Under the pieces are notes generated by a model. It ran no database searches. It had not been told where the DNA came from and saw only the letters and a program-made list of their open reading frames with translations. A DNA stretch of 59,094 nucleotides from Candidatus Evtepia excrementipullorum (lineage in GTDB: Bacteria > Bacillota > Clostridia > Oscillospirales > Oscillospiraceae), in NCBI GenBank assembly GCA_019118615.1, contig DWYQ01000133.1, forward strand, positions 1-59,094, in the 5' to 3' direction. Position 1 is the stretch's first letter. Each line of letters starts with the position of its first letter. Positions 36,575 through 46,453 of this stretch are shown here, piece by piece. The position numbers and the translations under genes were made by a program.

Positions 36575-37852
36575 ATGCGCAAGAAATATCTTTTTGCTGC
36601 CATTATTCTCGTCGCCCTCTGCGTGGTTCTCATCCTTCTCGGTCTGCGGCAAAGCGGTGCGCTCACCACAGGCAGCACCACAGAGGGGGGAAGTGTTTCT
36701 ACACAGACCGAGGTCCAAGCCCCCATCACCGCCACCTTGTCGGTGTGCGGGGACATTATGAGCCATTCCCCCCAGACCAACGACGCCTATGACGCCGCCA
36801 CAGACACCTACAACTACCGCCCCTGCTTCCAATATGTGAAGCCCTGGATCGAAAATGCCGACTATGCCGTGGCCAACTTTGAGACCACCCTCAACGGCCC
36901 ACCCTACTCCGGCTATCCCCAGTTCTCCGCCCCGGACGCCTTGGCTGCAGACATCAAGGACACCGGCTTTGACCTGGTGACCACTGCCAACAACCACTCC
37001 ATGGACAAGGGGTACGATGGCCTGGTTCGTACCCTGGACACCATGGATGCCGCCGGCCTGGCCCACGTAGGCAGCTACCGTACCCAGGAAGAGTGGAACA
37101 CCAACCACGGCGTGGTGGTGGCCGATGTGGGTGGCATCTCGGTGGCTTTCCTGGGGTACACTTATGGCACCAACGGCATTGCCATTCCCGAGGACCGTGA
37201 CTTTTGCCTGAACCGCTTCAACACCGACTATACCGGAAACTGTGAAACCCTGGATCAGGAGGGGCTCTCCCAGGCGCTGGCCTACGCGGAAGGGCTGAAC
37301 ACCGACCTCATCGCCGTGATGATCCACTGGGGCATTGAATACCAAACCCAGCAAAACGCCTACCAGGAGGAAGTGGCCGATTTCCTCATCGCCCATGGGG
37401 CTGACCTGATCCTGGGCAGCCACTCCCATGTGCCCCAGCCCATGGAGACCCGCACGGTCACCCTGGAGGACGGGTCCACCCGGTCTGCCTTTGTGGCTTA
37501 CTCCCTGGGGAACTTCGTCTCCAACCAGAGTCCCGCCACGGTGCAGGTGAATTACACCGACACCACCGCCATCCTCAACCTGGATCTCACCAAGAACTTT
37601 GAGACGGGAGAGACCACGGTGACCAACGTCAGCTACGTCCCCCTGCTGGTTCTGAACCGAGGCACTGGCGTGGCAGACCAGTATGTCATCCTAGACGTCA
37701 ACGACGCCATGGCCGACTACAACGCCGGGGACACCTCCCTGGTGACTGCCGACGTCTATTCCAAACTGGAGTACGCCTTGGAAGGCTGCCACACCATTCT
37801 AGGGGAACAGTACGACACCGCCGGGACTCCCCCCACCCAAGAGGCCGCCTAA
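36575..37852 (+). CDS. CapA family (metallophosphatase-fold) membrane-anchored protein
   Basis: GDIMSH, NFET, ANNHSMD, HWGIEY, GSHSHVPQP, YSLGNF. Confidence 0.92.
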   Translation: MRKKYLFAAIILVALCVVLILLGLRQSGALTTGSTTEGGSVSTQTEVQAPITATLSVCGDIMSHSPQTNDAYDAATDTYNYRPCFQYVKPWIENADYAVANFETTLNGPPYSGYPQFSAPDALAADIKDTGFDLVTTANNHSMDKGYDGLVRTLDTMDAAGLAHVGSYRTQEEWNTNHGVVVADVGGISVAFLGYTYGTNGIAIPEDRDFCLNRFNTDYTGNCETLDQEGLSQALAYAEGLNTDLIAVMIHWGIEYQTQQNAYQEEVADFLIAHGADLILGSHSHVPQPMETRTVTLEDGSTRSAFVAYSLGNFVSNQSPATVQVNYTDTTAILNLDLTKNFETGETTVTNVSYVPLLVLNRGTGVADQYVILDVNDAMADYNAGDTSLVTADVYSKLEYALEGCHTILGEQYDTAGTPPTQEAA

Positions 37853-37886
37853 CCCCGACAAACCCATGGAGATACCGTAGAAAGCA

Positions 37887-37922
37887 AAAAGAAGTCCGTT
37901 GCAAAAGCAACGGACTTCTTTT
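37887..37922. terminator. Intrinsic terminator
   Basis: aaaagaagtccgttgc/gcaacggacttctttt. Confidence 0.8.
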
Positions 37923-37963
37923 ATAATAGAGGGCATCCCCTTGGAAGAACGGAGGACCCATCC

Positions 37964-38617
37964 ATGCTGCACCACCCCATGATTCTGCAATGCCCCTTGT
38001 TTCAAGGGCTCCCGCCGGACGCGTTGGAGTATGCCCTGTCCTACTTTGAGGCCCATGTCAAAGCCTATGAAAAAGGGGACTTTCTCCACCAGGTCTCCTT
38101 CCCCTTAGAGCGGTTTGGCCTGGTGCTGTCCGGCACCATCCAGGTCTCCATGGACGACATGGATGGCCACCACATCATCATGAACAACGTCAGCGCCGGC
38201 GGCCTCTTCGGGGAGGCCTACTGCTTCCTGGGCACCGATGCCCCCATTTACATCTGTGCGGTCACCGAGGCAGAGGTGCTTTGGATGCGCCCTACCCGGG
38301 TCAAGGCGCCCCACCTCCCCCTCCAGGAGCGGGATCAAATGCTGGCCAACCGGTTTGTGGCGGCTTTGGCCTCCCGCACCCTCTCCCTGAATCAGCGCAT
38401 CCAAATCCTCTCCCGGCGCACGCTGCGGGAGAAACTCATCACCTTCCTGTCCCAATACGCCACGGCCCAGGGGGACACGTTTACCGTCCCCTTCGACCGG
38501 GCCAGCATGGCCAATTTCCTGGGGGCCGACCGCAGCGCCCTGTCCCGGGAGCTGTCTCACCTCCGGAAGGAAGGGGTTTTGGACTATCATCGCAACCAGT
38601 TTCGTATCTTAAAGTAA
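37964..38617 (+). CDS. Crp/Fnr family transcriptional regulator
   Basis: cNMP-binding fold LFGEA; HTH MANFLGADRSALSRELS. Confidence 0.92.
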   Translation: MLHHPMILQCPLFQGLPPDALEYALSYFEAHVKAYEKGDFLHQVSFPLERFGLVLSGTIQVSMDDMDGHHIIMNNVSAGGLFGEAYCFLGTDAPIYICAVTEAEVLWMRPTRVKAPHLPLQERDQMLANRFVAALASRTLSLNQRIQILSRRTLREKLITFLSQYATAQGDTFTVPFDRASMANFLGADRSALSRELSHLRKEGVLDYHRNQFRILK

Positions 38618-38666
38618 CTGTGTTTCCACCGGTTTACAAAGTGGGTTTCGAAACAGACTGCGCCGC

Positions 38667-39332
38667 TCACTCCCCCCGGCTGCACAGTGCCGTGAAGTAG
38701 TGATAGTAGGGCAGCAGCTCCTCAAAGGCATCCAGCAATTCCTCCACAAGCCCAGGACTGTAGAGGAGGGCATCCATCTCCCGCTGGCAGGTGAGGTCAA
38801 TGGTCTTCCGGTTGTACCACTGGTCCAGGGGCGGCTGGGGATGGCCCTTGGCCCGCTTATACTCCTCCCCCTCCAGCCGGAACCGCGTCTGCTTTTGGAA
38901 GGCCCGGGCCAGCTTCATCATGGTCTGGGGATGCTCATCCATGTCCTGACGGAACCGGGCCATGGTGGCGGGCTTCGCCTCATAAATCCCCATGCCATAG
39001 GCGTAGCCGGCGGGATAGATCTCAAACCACAGCACCGGCCGTTCTGCCCAGCGGTCCCCAGCCATACGCAGGGAAAACCAGAGATGGCTTTTGTAGGGCC
39101 CCCGGCCATAGAGCCGCCGGGCATCCCGGTAGATTCGGCTCACCCGCACCATGAGGGGCAATGCCTCGTGGCGGGCCGAAAATTTTTCGTATACCTCTTG
39201 GGCCAGTTGGCGCATCGGGGTTTGCACATGGTCCAGATAGGCTTGCTTGTGGGCCTCAAACCAAGGGCGTTCGTTGTTGAAGCGAATGCCCCAGAGAAAA
39301 TCATTGGTGGCCTGTGAAAAACCTTGAAACAT
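38667..39332 (-). CDS. DUF2461 family protein
   Basis: NNERPWFEAHK..Y, SRIYRDAR, PYK; AAGGAG RBS. Confidence 0.88.
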   Translation of the reverse strand: MFQGFSQATNDFLWGIRFNNERPWFEAHKQAYLDHVQTPMRQLAQEVYEKFSARHEALPLMVRVSRIYRDARRLYGRGPYKSHLWFSLRMAGDRWAERPVLWFEIYPAGYAYGMGIYEAKPATMARFRQDMDEHPQTMMKLARAFQKQTRFRLEGEEYKRAKGHPQPPLDQWYNRKTIDLTCQREMDALLYSPGLVEELLDAFEELLPYYHYFTALCSRGE

Positions 39333-39547
39333 TCTATGATCTCCTTGGACTGGGGAGAAAATGACCTCCCCACGCATAAGATTCTGCTGCCGGGGCAAAG
39401 TGAACCATAGGAGATTCCCCCTGCCTGTCCCAACGCAGCGGCTGGTTTTTTATCCTATCACAAAGCAGATCGCTTTGCAATTACTTGGGAAAATATGGAT
39501 GATCAAATTATTTTTTCTATTTTTGTAAAGACTTTTGTAAAAAACTC

Positions 39548-39691
39548 TTGCAAAATAAAAAAGAAAGTCCTATAATGTGCGATAGGCTTTTCCTGCCTCA
39601 TCTTCGATCAGTTTTAGCGGCAAACAACAAATTCTATTCTCACAGTTTGTATAGGTTGACCCTTGCAAAAAGAGAGAGAACGTACTATGAT
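39548..39691 (+). promoter_or_regulatory. Tandem sigma-A promoters of the radical SAM gene
   Basis: TTGCAA-17-TATAAT (39548-39576) and TTGCAA-17-TATGAT (39663-39691). Confidence 0.7.
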
Positions 39692-39786
39692 GTAGGCTGA
39701 TAGTTTTTGGTCTCTGATTTTCCACTCTGCTTTCCCAATGATCGGAGTTTCCTGATATCGCACATAAAAAGGGAGGAAATTTTATT

Positions 39787-41163
39787 ATGTTAGGCAACAG
39801 CATCAAAAAATTTGCACTGAGTCAGGCCTTTTCCTACATTGAAAAGGATCCCATCAAAAACTTGGTCCACGTGATGGACATGGTGGACAAATTCGCGGGC
39901 GACGGTCCCCAGTCCTTCCCCCGTCAGCGTAAAGCCATCCGCGATGCTGTCACCAACGAGAACTCCACCGCCCATAAGCTGGTGGTTCGTATGATGACCG
40001 AAATGGACCTCGGCTTCACCGAAACCCTGCTGTCCAACTTCTTCCTCAACGCCAGCATCACCGGTTGGAAGAAGGGCGACGAAATCCGTAAGAAATACAA
40101 TTGCAACGTGCCCTGGGCCATCCTGCTGGATCCCACCTCTGCCTGCAACCTGCACTGCAAGGGCTGCTGGGCCGCAGAGTATGGCAATAAGCTGAACCTC
40201 ACCTACGACGAGATTGACAGCATCATCCGTCAGGGCAAGGAAATGGGCACTTACTTCTATATCTATACCGGCGGTGAACCCCTGGTGCGGAAGAAGGACC
40301 TCATCAAGCTCTGCGAAGTCCACTCTGACGCCATCTTCATGTGCTTCACCAACGGCACCCTCATTGACGAGCAGTTCGCTGCCGACATGATGCGGGTGAA
40401 GAACTTCGTCCCCGTTATCAGCGTGGAGGGGTACGAGGAGTCCATGGACTCCCGCCGTGGTGACGGCACCTACCAGAGAGCCGTGAAGGCCATGAACCTG
40501 CTGAAGAGCCACCGCCTGCCCTTCGGCAACTCCATCTGCTATACCAGCGTCAACATCAAGGACGTCAGCACCGAGGCCTATGTGGACCAGCTGGTGGACT
40601 GGGGTTCCTACTTCGTGTGGTACTTCCACTACATGCCCGTGGGCAAGGACGCCGTGCCCGAGCTGCTCCCCTCCCCCGAGCAGAGAGAGCACATGTACCA
40701 CCAGATTCGTACCCTCCGCGGCAAGAAGCCCATCTTCATGCTGGACTTCCAGAACGACGGCGAGTATGTGGGCGGCTGCATCGCCGGCGGCCGGCGTTAC
40801 CTCCACATCAACGCCAATGGCGACTGCGACCCCTGCGTGTTCATTCACTACTCCGACTCCAACATCCGGGAAAAGACCCTGCTGGAGGCCCTGCGCTCCC
40901 CCCTGTTCATGGCCTACCACGACGGGCAGCCCTTCAACGACAACCACCTGCGTCCCTGCCCCATGCTGGAGAATCCCGAGAAGCTGCGGGAGATCGTCCA
41001 CAAGTCCGGCGCCCATCCCAGCGATGTCACCGCTGTGGAAGAGGTCGACGATCTGTGCGCCAAATGTGACAGCTACGCAGAGAATTGGCAGCCCACTGCC
41101 GACCGCCTGTGGGAATGCTCCCACGGCTGTGCCTCCTGCCAGAAGATGGCTGCGGGGAAGTAA
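39787..41163 (+). CDS. Radical SAM protein with SPASM/twitch-like C-terminus
   Basis: CNLHCKGC (CxxxCxxC), TGGEP, FTNG, GCIAGG..GDCDPCVF, RPCP, CAKC. Confidence 0.93.
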   Translation: MLGNSIKKFALSQAFSYIEKDPIKNLVHVMDMVDKFAGDGPQSFPRQRKAIRDAVTNENSTAHKLVVRMMTEMDLGFTETLLSNFFLNASITGWKKGDEIRKKYNCNVPWAILLDPTSACNLHCKGCWAAEYGNKLNLTYDEIDSIIRQGKEMGTYFYIYTGGEPLVRKKDLIKLCEVHSDAIFMCFTNGTLIDEQFAADMMRVKNFVPVISVEGYEESMDSRRGDGTYQRAVKAMNLLKSHRLPFGNSICYTSVNIKDVSTEAYVDQLVDWGSYFVWYFHYMPVGKDAVPELLPSPEQREHMYHQIRTLRGKKPIFMLDFQNDGEYVGGCIAGGRRYLHINANGDCDPCVFIHYSDSNIREKTLLEALRSPLFMAYHDGQPFNDNHLRPCPMLENPEKLREIVHKSGAHPSDVTAVEEVDDLCAKCDSYAENWQPTADRLWECSHGCASCQKMAAGK

Positions 41164-41230
41164 TCCAAAGTTTACAATCTATTCCTTGTTATTCCTGACG
41201 AAAAATAGTATACTACCTTTGGTTACACGG

Positions 41231-41273
41231 ACCGGAGGCCTAATGGGCCATGTGCCCTGGGCCTCCGGTTTTT
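41231..41273 (+). terminator. Terminator after the radical SAM gene
   Basis: accggaggcc/ggcctccggt stem followed by T tract. Confidence 0.7.
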
Positions 41274-41307
41274 GTTTCCCAAACTCCCAGAAATCGGAGG
41301 CACGCCT

Positions 41308-43695
41308 ATGCCTGCACTGAACCAACCCGCCGGCCCCTCCGGACAGGGACCTGCGGGCCTCACCACCGCCCAGGTTCGAAAACGGATCCAAGCTGGCCAG
41401 GTCAACACCCCGCCAGAATCTCCCACCAAAACGGTGAAGCGGATTGTCCTGGAGAACCTCTTCTCCTTCTTTAACATCATCTTCTATATCATCGCCGGTT
41501 TCCTGATTGCGGTGGGCTCTTTCGGAGAGTTGATTTTCCTCCTGGTGGTGGCCGCCAACACTGCCATCGGCATCATCCAGGAGCTCCATGCCAAAAAAAA
41601 ATTGGACTCCCTCTCCCTCCTCTCTGCCCCACGGTCCCAAGTGGTTCGAGATGGGATCGAAGGCACCATCCCCACCAGCCACTTGGTACAGGATGACCTG
41701 GTCATCCTCTCCGCCGGCAACCAAATTCCGGCCGATGCCAAAGTGGTCTCCGGCAGTGTCCAGGTGAACGAGTCCCTGATCACCGGTGAGTCGGACGAAA
41801 TCACCAAAGGGGAGGGCAGCGAGCTGCTCTCCGGCAGCTTTGTCGTCTCTGGCAAGTGTTACGCCGTTCTCACCCATGTGGGGGCAGAGTCCTATGCCTC
41901 CCGCCTGACCAACGAGGCCAAAAAATCCAAAAAGAGCCACCTGCCTGGGATGATGCGCTCCTTGAACCGGTTGCTCATCGGCATCGGCATCCTCATCGTC
42001 CCCATCGGAGGGCTGCTGTTTTACCGGCAGTACTCCCTCCTCCACCTGACCGTAAAGGAAGGGGTGGAGACCACCGCCGCCGCCGTTATCGGCATGATCC
42101 CCGAAGGGCTGTACCTGATGGTGAGCTTGGCCCTGGCCGCCAGCGTCTTGCGCCTGGCCCAGCGAAACACCTTGGTACAGGACCTCAAGTGCACCGAGAC
42201 CCTGGCCCGGGTGGACGTGCTGTGCGTAGACAAAACCGGCACCATCACCCAGCCGGAAATGGCCTACTGCGGCCTGCTCCCTCTGGACACCCAGCTGACC
42301 CAGGAGGGGTTGGAAACCGTCCTGTCCGACTTTGTCTCCAACATGGAGCCGGACAACGAAACCATGCAGGCCCTGCAGAAGGCCTTGAAGCGGGATGACT
42401 TCCGCAAGGCCGTCCAGGTCCTGGGCTTCTCCTCTGAGACCAAATACAGCGCTGTCTCCTATGGCGAGGAGGAGAGCTACGTCCTGGGGGCCCCGGAATT
42501 CATTCTAGGGGCGGAGGGCTATGCCCCCCACCGGGCCGTGGCAGAGGAGGCCATGGCCGACGGCAGCCGGGTCCTTCTCCTGGCCGCCTGCCGCCCGGGC
42601 CCCAACGGCCGGGGCATTGCCGACCCCCATCCCTTGGCCTTCATATTGCTGCGCAACCCCGTCCGGGAAAACGCCAAGGAGACCTTTGCCTACTTCCGGG
42701 ACCAGGGCGTGACCATCAAAGTGATCTCCGGGGACAACCCCGTCACCGTGGCCGCCGCCGCCCGGGAGGCCGGGATTGAAGGGGCCGACAAGTACGTGGA
42801 TGCCTCCACCCTGACCACGGAGGCCGAGGTCGCCGCCGCTTGCGAGACCTATAACGTCTTTGGCCGGGTGAAGCCCAATCAGAAGAAACAGCTCATCCAA
42901 GCCCTCCAAAGCAAGAAACACACCGTGGCCATGACCGGTGACGGCGTCAACGACGTGCTGGCCCTGAAGGAGGCCGACTGCAGCGTGGCCATGGCCTCCG
43001 GCAGTGACGTGGCCGCCCAGATCTCTGACCTGGTGCTGATGAACTCCGACTTCTCCTCCATGCCCTCGGTGGTGGCCGAGGGGCGCCGGGTTATCAACAA
43101 CATTGAACGGGCCGCCTCGCTGTACCTGGTGAAGAACATCTTCTCCCTGATCCTCGCCGTCATCTCCATCACAGCGGCCTTCTCCTATCCTCTGACCCCC
43201 TCCCAGCTCACGCTGATGAGCCTGTTGGCCATTGGTATCCCCTCGCTAATCCTGGCCTTGGAGCCCAACGAGAACTTGGTTCAAGGGAAGTTCCTCCGAA
43301 ACGCCATTCTCCGGGCGCTCCCTGCGGCTTTCACAGACCTATTCATTATCATCTTTGTCCTGCTCTTCCAGCAGGCCTTCCAGATCAACAACAATGAGAT
43401 CTCCACCATCACCGCGCTGCTGGTGACCATTGTGGGCTTCTTCATGCTCTGGAAGGTGGCCAAGCCTGTGAACAGACTCCATGTGGGCATGATGGCCGGA
43501 CTGATCGCCGCCCTGGTGTTCATTGTCCTCTTCCTCCCGGGACTCTTCTCCCTGTCCCCCTTGTCCTTCGGTGGATATCTCATTCTGATCCTGTTTACCC
43601 TGCTGATCCCTTCGGTGATCTGGCTGCTGAACAAGGCCCTGGAGGGGCTCCTGCTCCTTCTGCAGAAAGCAGAGGGCGGCAAGCGCGCTGCCTGA
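41308..43695 (+). CDS. Cation-transporting P-type ATPase (CtpE-like)
   Basis: TGES, IPEGL, DKTGT phosphorylation site, SGDN, GDGVND. Confidence 0.95.
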   Translation: MPALNQPAGPSGQGPAGLTTAQVRKRIQAGQVNTPPESPTKTVKRIVLENLFSFFNIIFYIIAGFLIAVGSFGELIFLLVVAANTAIGIIQELHAKKKLDSLSLLSAPRSQVVRDGIEGTIPTSHLVQDDLVILSAGNQIPADAKVVSGSVQVNESLITGESDEITKGEGSELLSGSFVVSGKCYAVLTHVGAESYASRLTNEAKKSKKSHLPGMMRSLNRLLIGIGILIVPIGGLLFYRQYSLLHLTVKEGVETTAAAVIGMIPEGLYLMVSLALAASVLRLAQRNTLVQDLKCTETLARVDVLCVDKTGTITQPEMAYCGLLPLDTQLTQEGLETVLSDFVSNMEPDNETMQALQKALKRDDFRKAVQVLGFSSETKYSAVSYGEEESYVLGAPEFILGAEGYAPHRAVAEEAMADGSRVLLLAACRPGPNGRGIADPHPLAFILLRNPVRENAKETFAYFRDQGVTIKVISGDNPVTVAAAAREAGIEGADKYVDASTLTTEAEVAAACETYNVFGRVKPNQKKQLIQALQSKKHTVAMTGDGVNDVLALKEADCSVAMASGSDVAAQISDLVLMNSDFSSMPSVVAEGRRVINNIERAASLYLVKNIFSLILAVISITAAFSYPLTPSQLTLMSLLAIGIPSLILALEPNENLVQGKFLRNAILRALPAAFTDLFIIIFVLLFQQAFQINNNEISTITALLVTIVGFFMLWKVAKPVNRLHVGMMAGLIAALVFIVLFLPGLFSLSPLSFGGYLILILFTLLIPSVIWLLNKALEGLLLLLQKAEGGKRAA

Positions 43696-43734
43696 GCACC
43701 ACAACGAGAGGCACGTCCCCCTTCCCAACACCGT

Positions 43735-43767
43735 AAAAAACCGGACCCATGACGGGTCCGGTTTTTT
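43735..43767. terminator. Bidirectional terminator
   Basis: aaaaaaccggaccc/gggtccggtttttt. Confidence 0.85.
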
Positions 43768-43801
43768 GCGGTTATATCGTTGGAAACAGAAGGATCGACT
43801 C

Positions 43802-45031
43802 TCAGGCCTCTTCCTCGGGCTGGGCCTTCTCCGCCTCTGCAGCACGGACCAGCTTGGCAGTGTCCAGGGCGATCATCAGCTCCTCGTTGGTGGGGATCAT
43901 GAGGATCTTGTTGGGGGAGTCGTCGGTGGAGATGATGGCCTCCTTGCCGCGGACCTTGTTCTTCTCGGGGTCCAGCTTCAGGCCCAGGAACTCCAGGCCC
44001 TCCACGATCCGGGCGCGGAGGGTGGGGGAGTTCTCGCCCACGCCGGCGGTGAAGACCACAGCGTCCAGGCCGCCCATGGCAGCGGCGCAGGAGCCGATGC
44101 GCTTGGTGACCTTGTAGCAGAAGACGTCGATGGCCAGCTGGGCGCGCTCGTTGCCCTCGGCAGCGGCGGCCTCCAGGTCACGGAAGTCGGAGGAGATGCC
44201 GGAGATGCCCAGCACGCCGGACTCCTTGTTCAGGGCGCTCTCCACGCGCTTGGTGGAGTTGCCCCGCTGGTCCACGATGTAGTCCACGATGGCCGCGTCG
44301 ATGGCGCCGGCACGGGTGCCCATGGGCAGGCCGTCCTGGGGAGTGAAGCCCATGGAGGTGTCGATGGACTTGCCGAACTTCACAGAGCAGGTGGAGGCAC
44401 CGTTGCCCAGGTGGAGGCTGGCGATGCGCAGCTCCTCAATGGGGCGGCCCAGCAGGGCGGCGGCCCGCTCGGTGACGTACTGGTGGGAGGTGCCGTGGAA
44501 GCCGTAGCGGCGGACCTTGTTCTCGGTGTACCAGCGGTAAGGCACGGCGTAGATGTAAGCCTTGGGGGGCATGGTCTGGTGGAAGGCGGTGTCGAACACA
44601 GCCACCATGGGGGTGTTGGGCATGACTTCCTTGCAGGCCTCGATGCCGGTGATGTTGGCGGGGTTGTGGAGGGGGGCCAGAGGGATGCACTCCCGGATGC
44701 CCTTCATCACGTTCTTGTCGATGATCACGGAATGGGTGAACTCCTCACCGCCGTGGACCACACGGTGGCCCACTGCGTCAATCTCAGACATATCTTTGAT
44801 GACACCGTAGTAGTTGTGGGTGAGCACTTCCATCACCAGCTTGATGGCAGCCTCATGGTCGGGCATATAACGGTCGGCGTCATAGACATCCTTACCGGTG
44901 GGGGTGTGCTTGATGTGGCCGTCCAGGCCGATCCGCTCGCACAGGCCCTTGGCCAGCACTTCCTTGGTATCGGGATCCAGCAGCTGATACTTCAGGGAAG
45001 AGCTACCTGCATTGATGACCAAAATTTTCAT
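43802..45031 (-). CDS. ackA: Acetate kinase
   Basis: INAGSSSLK, GHRVVHGG, APLHN, YGFHGTSH, HLGNG, FTAGVGEN, PTNEE. Confidence 0.97.
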   Translation of the reverse strand: MKILVINAGSSSLKYQLLDPDTKEVLAKGLCERIGLDGHIKHTPTGKDVYDADRYMPDHEAAIKLVMEVLTHNYYGVIKDMSEIDAVGHRVVHGGEEFTHSVIIDKNVMKGIRECIPLAPLHNPANITGIEACKEVMPNTPMVAVFDTAFHQTMPPKAYIYAVPYRWYTENKVRRYGFHGTSHQYVTERAAALLGRPIEELRIASLHLGNGASTCSVKFGKSIDTSMGFTPQDGLPMGTRAGAIDAAIVDYIVDQRGNSTKRVESALNKESGVLGISGISSDFRDLEAAAAEGNERAQLAIDVFCYKVTKRIGSCAAAMGGLDAVVFTAGVGENSPTLRARIVEGLEFLGLKLDPEKNKVRGKEAIISTDDSPNKILMIPTNEELMIALDTAKLVRAAEAEKAQPEEEA

Positions 45032-45192
45032 GGTATTTTCCACTCCTTACTCGTAAATCCTTGGGATGGTTCTTGCTTGTTTGCCCCCTAGGGGGTAAAA
45101 TAGTTCATACAGGAATATATTAGCCCATTTTGCGGGAAAGGACAACTGTTTTTTCCCCAAATTTCAAAATTTTTCCGAGGGGTGGTTGGGCC

Positions 45193-46383
45193 ATGCGTAC
45201 AATCGGCATCATAGCGGAATATAACCCCTTTCACAGCGGCCACCGGCACCACATCCAGGCGGTGCGCCAGGCCTTTGGCGCAGACTGCGCCGTGGTCTGT
45301 GCCATGAGCGGCAACTGGGTCCAGCGGGGGGAGGCCGCTTTGGCAGACAAGTGGACCCGGACTGCCCTGGCCCTCCGGCAGGGGGTGGACCTGGTGGTGG
45401 AACTGCCCACCCCTTGGGCGGTGTCCTCGGCGGAACCCTTCGCCCGAGGCGGGGTGGGCCTGCTCACCGCCACCGGGGTGGTGGACACCCTGAGCTTTGG
45501 CAGCGAAGCAGGGGCGCTGCCCCCTCTGCAGTCCGCAGCGGACTGCCTAACCTCCCCTGCCTGGCAGGAAGCGCTGCGCCAGGGGCTGGCAGAGGGTTTC
45601 TCCTTCCCGGTGGCCCGGCAGCAGGCTGCTACGGCCCTTCTCGGGGACGCTGCCCGCTGTCTCCAGGGGCCCAACAACAATTTAGGGGTAGAGTACCTGC
45701 TCGCCCTGCGTGCCTTAGAGAGCCCGCTGCGCCCTCACACCGTCCCTCGCCAGGGGGCGGGGCACGATGAGGGGCCTTCCCCCTCCTCCCCCCATGCCTC
45801 TGCCAGCTACCTGCGGGAGAGGATCCTGGCCGGGGACCCTGCCCCCCTCACCCCATACCTCACCGCCCCAGAGGAGGCCACCCTGCGGCAGGATCCCGCC
45901 GCGTTGGACTTTGGGCGTCGGGGGGTGCTGGCCCGGCTGCGGACCATGACGGAGGAAGACTGGTCCCGGCTGCCTGACAGCGGGGAGGGGCTGCACCACC
46001 GCCTCTTCGCCGCCGCCCAGGCGGCCACGTCCCTGCCCCAGCTCTATGCCCTGGCCAAGACCAAACGCTATCCCCTGGCCCGGATTCGGCGGCTGGTGTT
46101 GTGGGCTTTCCTGGGGCTCACAGCCGAGGACCGGCCTGCTGCCCTCCCCTATCTTCGGGTCCTGGGCTTCACCCAGCGGGGGCAGATTCTGCTGCGGCGG
46201 ATGAAGACCGCCGCCTCCCTGCCCATTCTGGTGAAGCCCGCCCACGCTGCCCGCCTGCCGGAGGAGGCCCGCCGCCTCTTCGCGCTGGAGGCCCGGTGCA
46301 CCGCCCTCTACGATTTGTGCCGCCAGAAGTTTGGCCAAACCCCTGGAAAGAATGAGTATACGCAGAATCCCATCCGTTTTTAA
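45193..46383 (+). CDS. tmcAL: tRNA(Met) cytidine acetate ligase (HIGH nucleotidyltransferase, YlbM/TmcAL)
   Basis: IAEYNPFHSGH, MSGNWVQRGE, PNNNLGVEY, SASYLR, KTKRY..RIRR. Confidence 0.9.
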   Translation: MRTIGIIAEYNPFHSGHRHHIQAVRQAFGADCAVVCAMSGNWVQRGEAALADKWTRTALALRQGVDLVVELPTPWAVSSAEPFARGGVGLLTATGVVDTLSFGSEAGALPPLQSAADCLTSPAWQEALRQGLAEGFSFPVARQQAATALLGDAARCLQGPNNNLGVEYLLALRALESPLRPHTVPRQGAGHDEGPSPSSPHASASYLRERILAGDPAPLTPYLTAPEEATLRQDPAALDFGRRGVLARLRTMTEEDWSRLPDSGEGLHHRLFAAAQAATSLPQLYALAKTKRYPLARIRRLVLWAFLGLTAEDRPAALPYLRVLGFTQRGQILLRRMKTAASLPILVKPAHAARLPEEARRLFALEARCTALYDLCRQKFGQTPGKNEYTQNPIRF

Positions 46384-46395
46384 CCCCCAAAACTG

Positions 46396-46433
46396 CAACC
46401 GCACCGGCCCAAACAGGGCCGGTGCGGTTGTTT
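46396..46433. terminator. Terminator between tmcAL and fhs
   Basis: caaccgcaccggccc/gggccggtgcggttg. Confidence 0.8.
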
Positions 46434-46453
46434 CTTTCGCAAATAGGTTATGT

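Noticed and set aside
39577-39786. RiPP precursor peptide upstream of the radical SAM/SPASM gene
   Set aside because: Only ATG-ATG-TAG and other tiny frames without an RBS; no Cys-rich or leader-like ORF and no transporter or protease.
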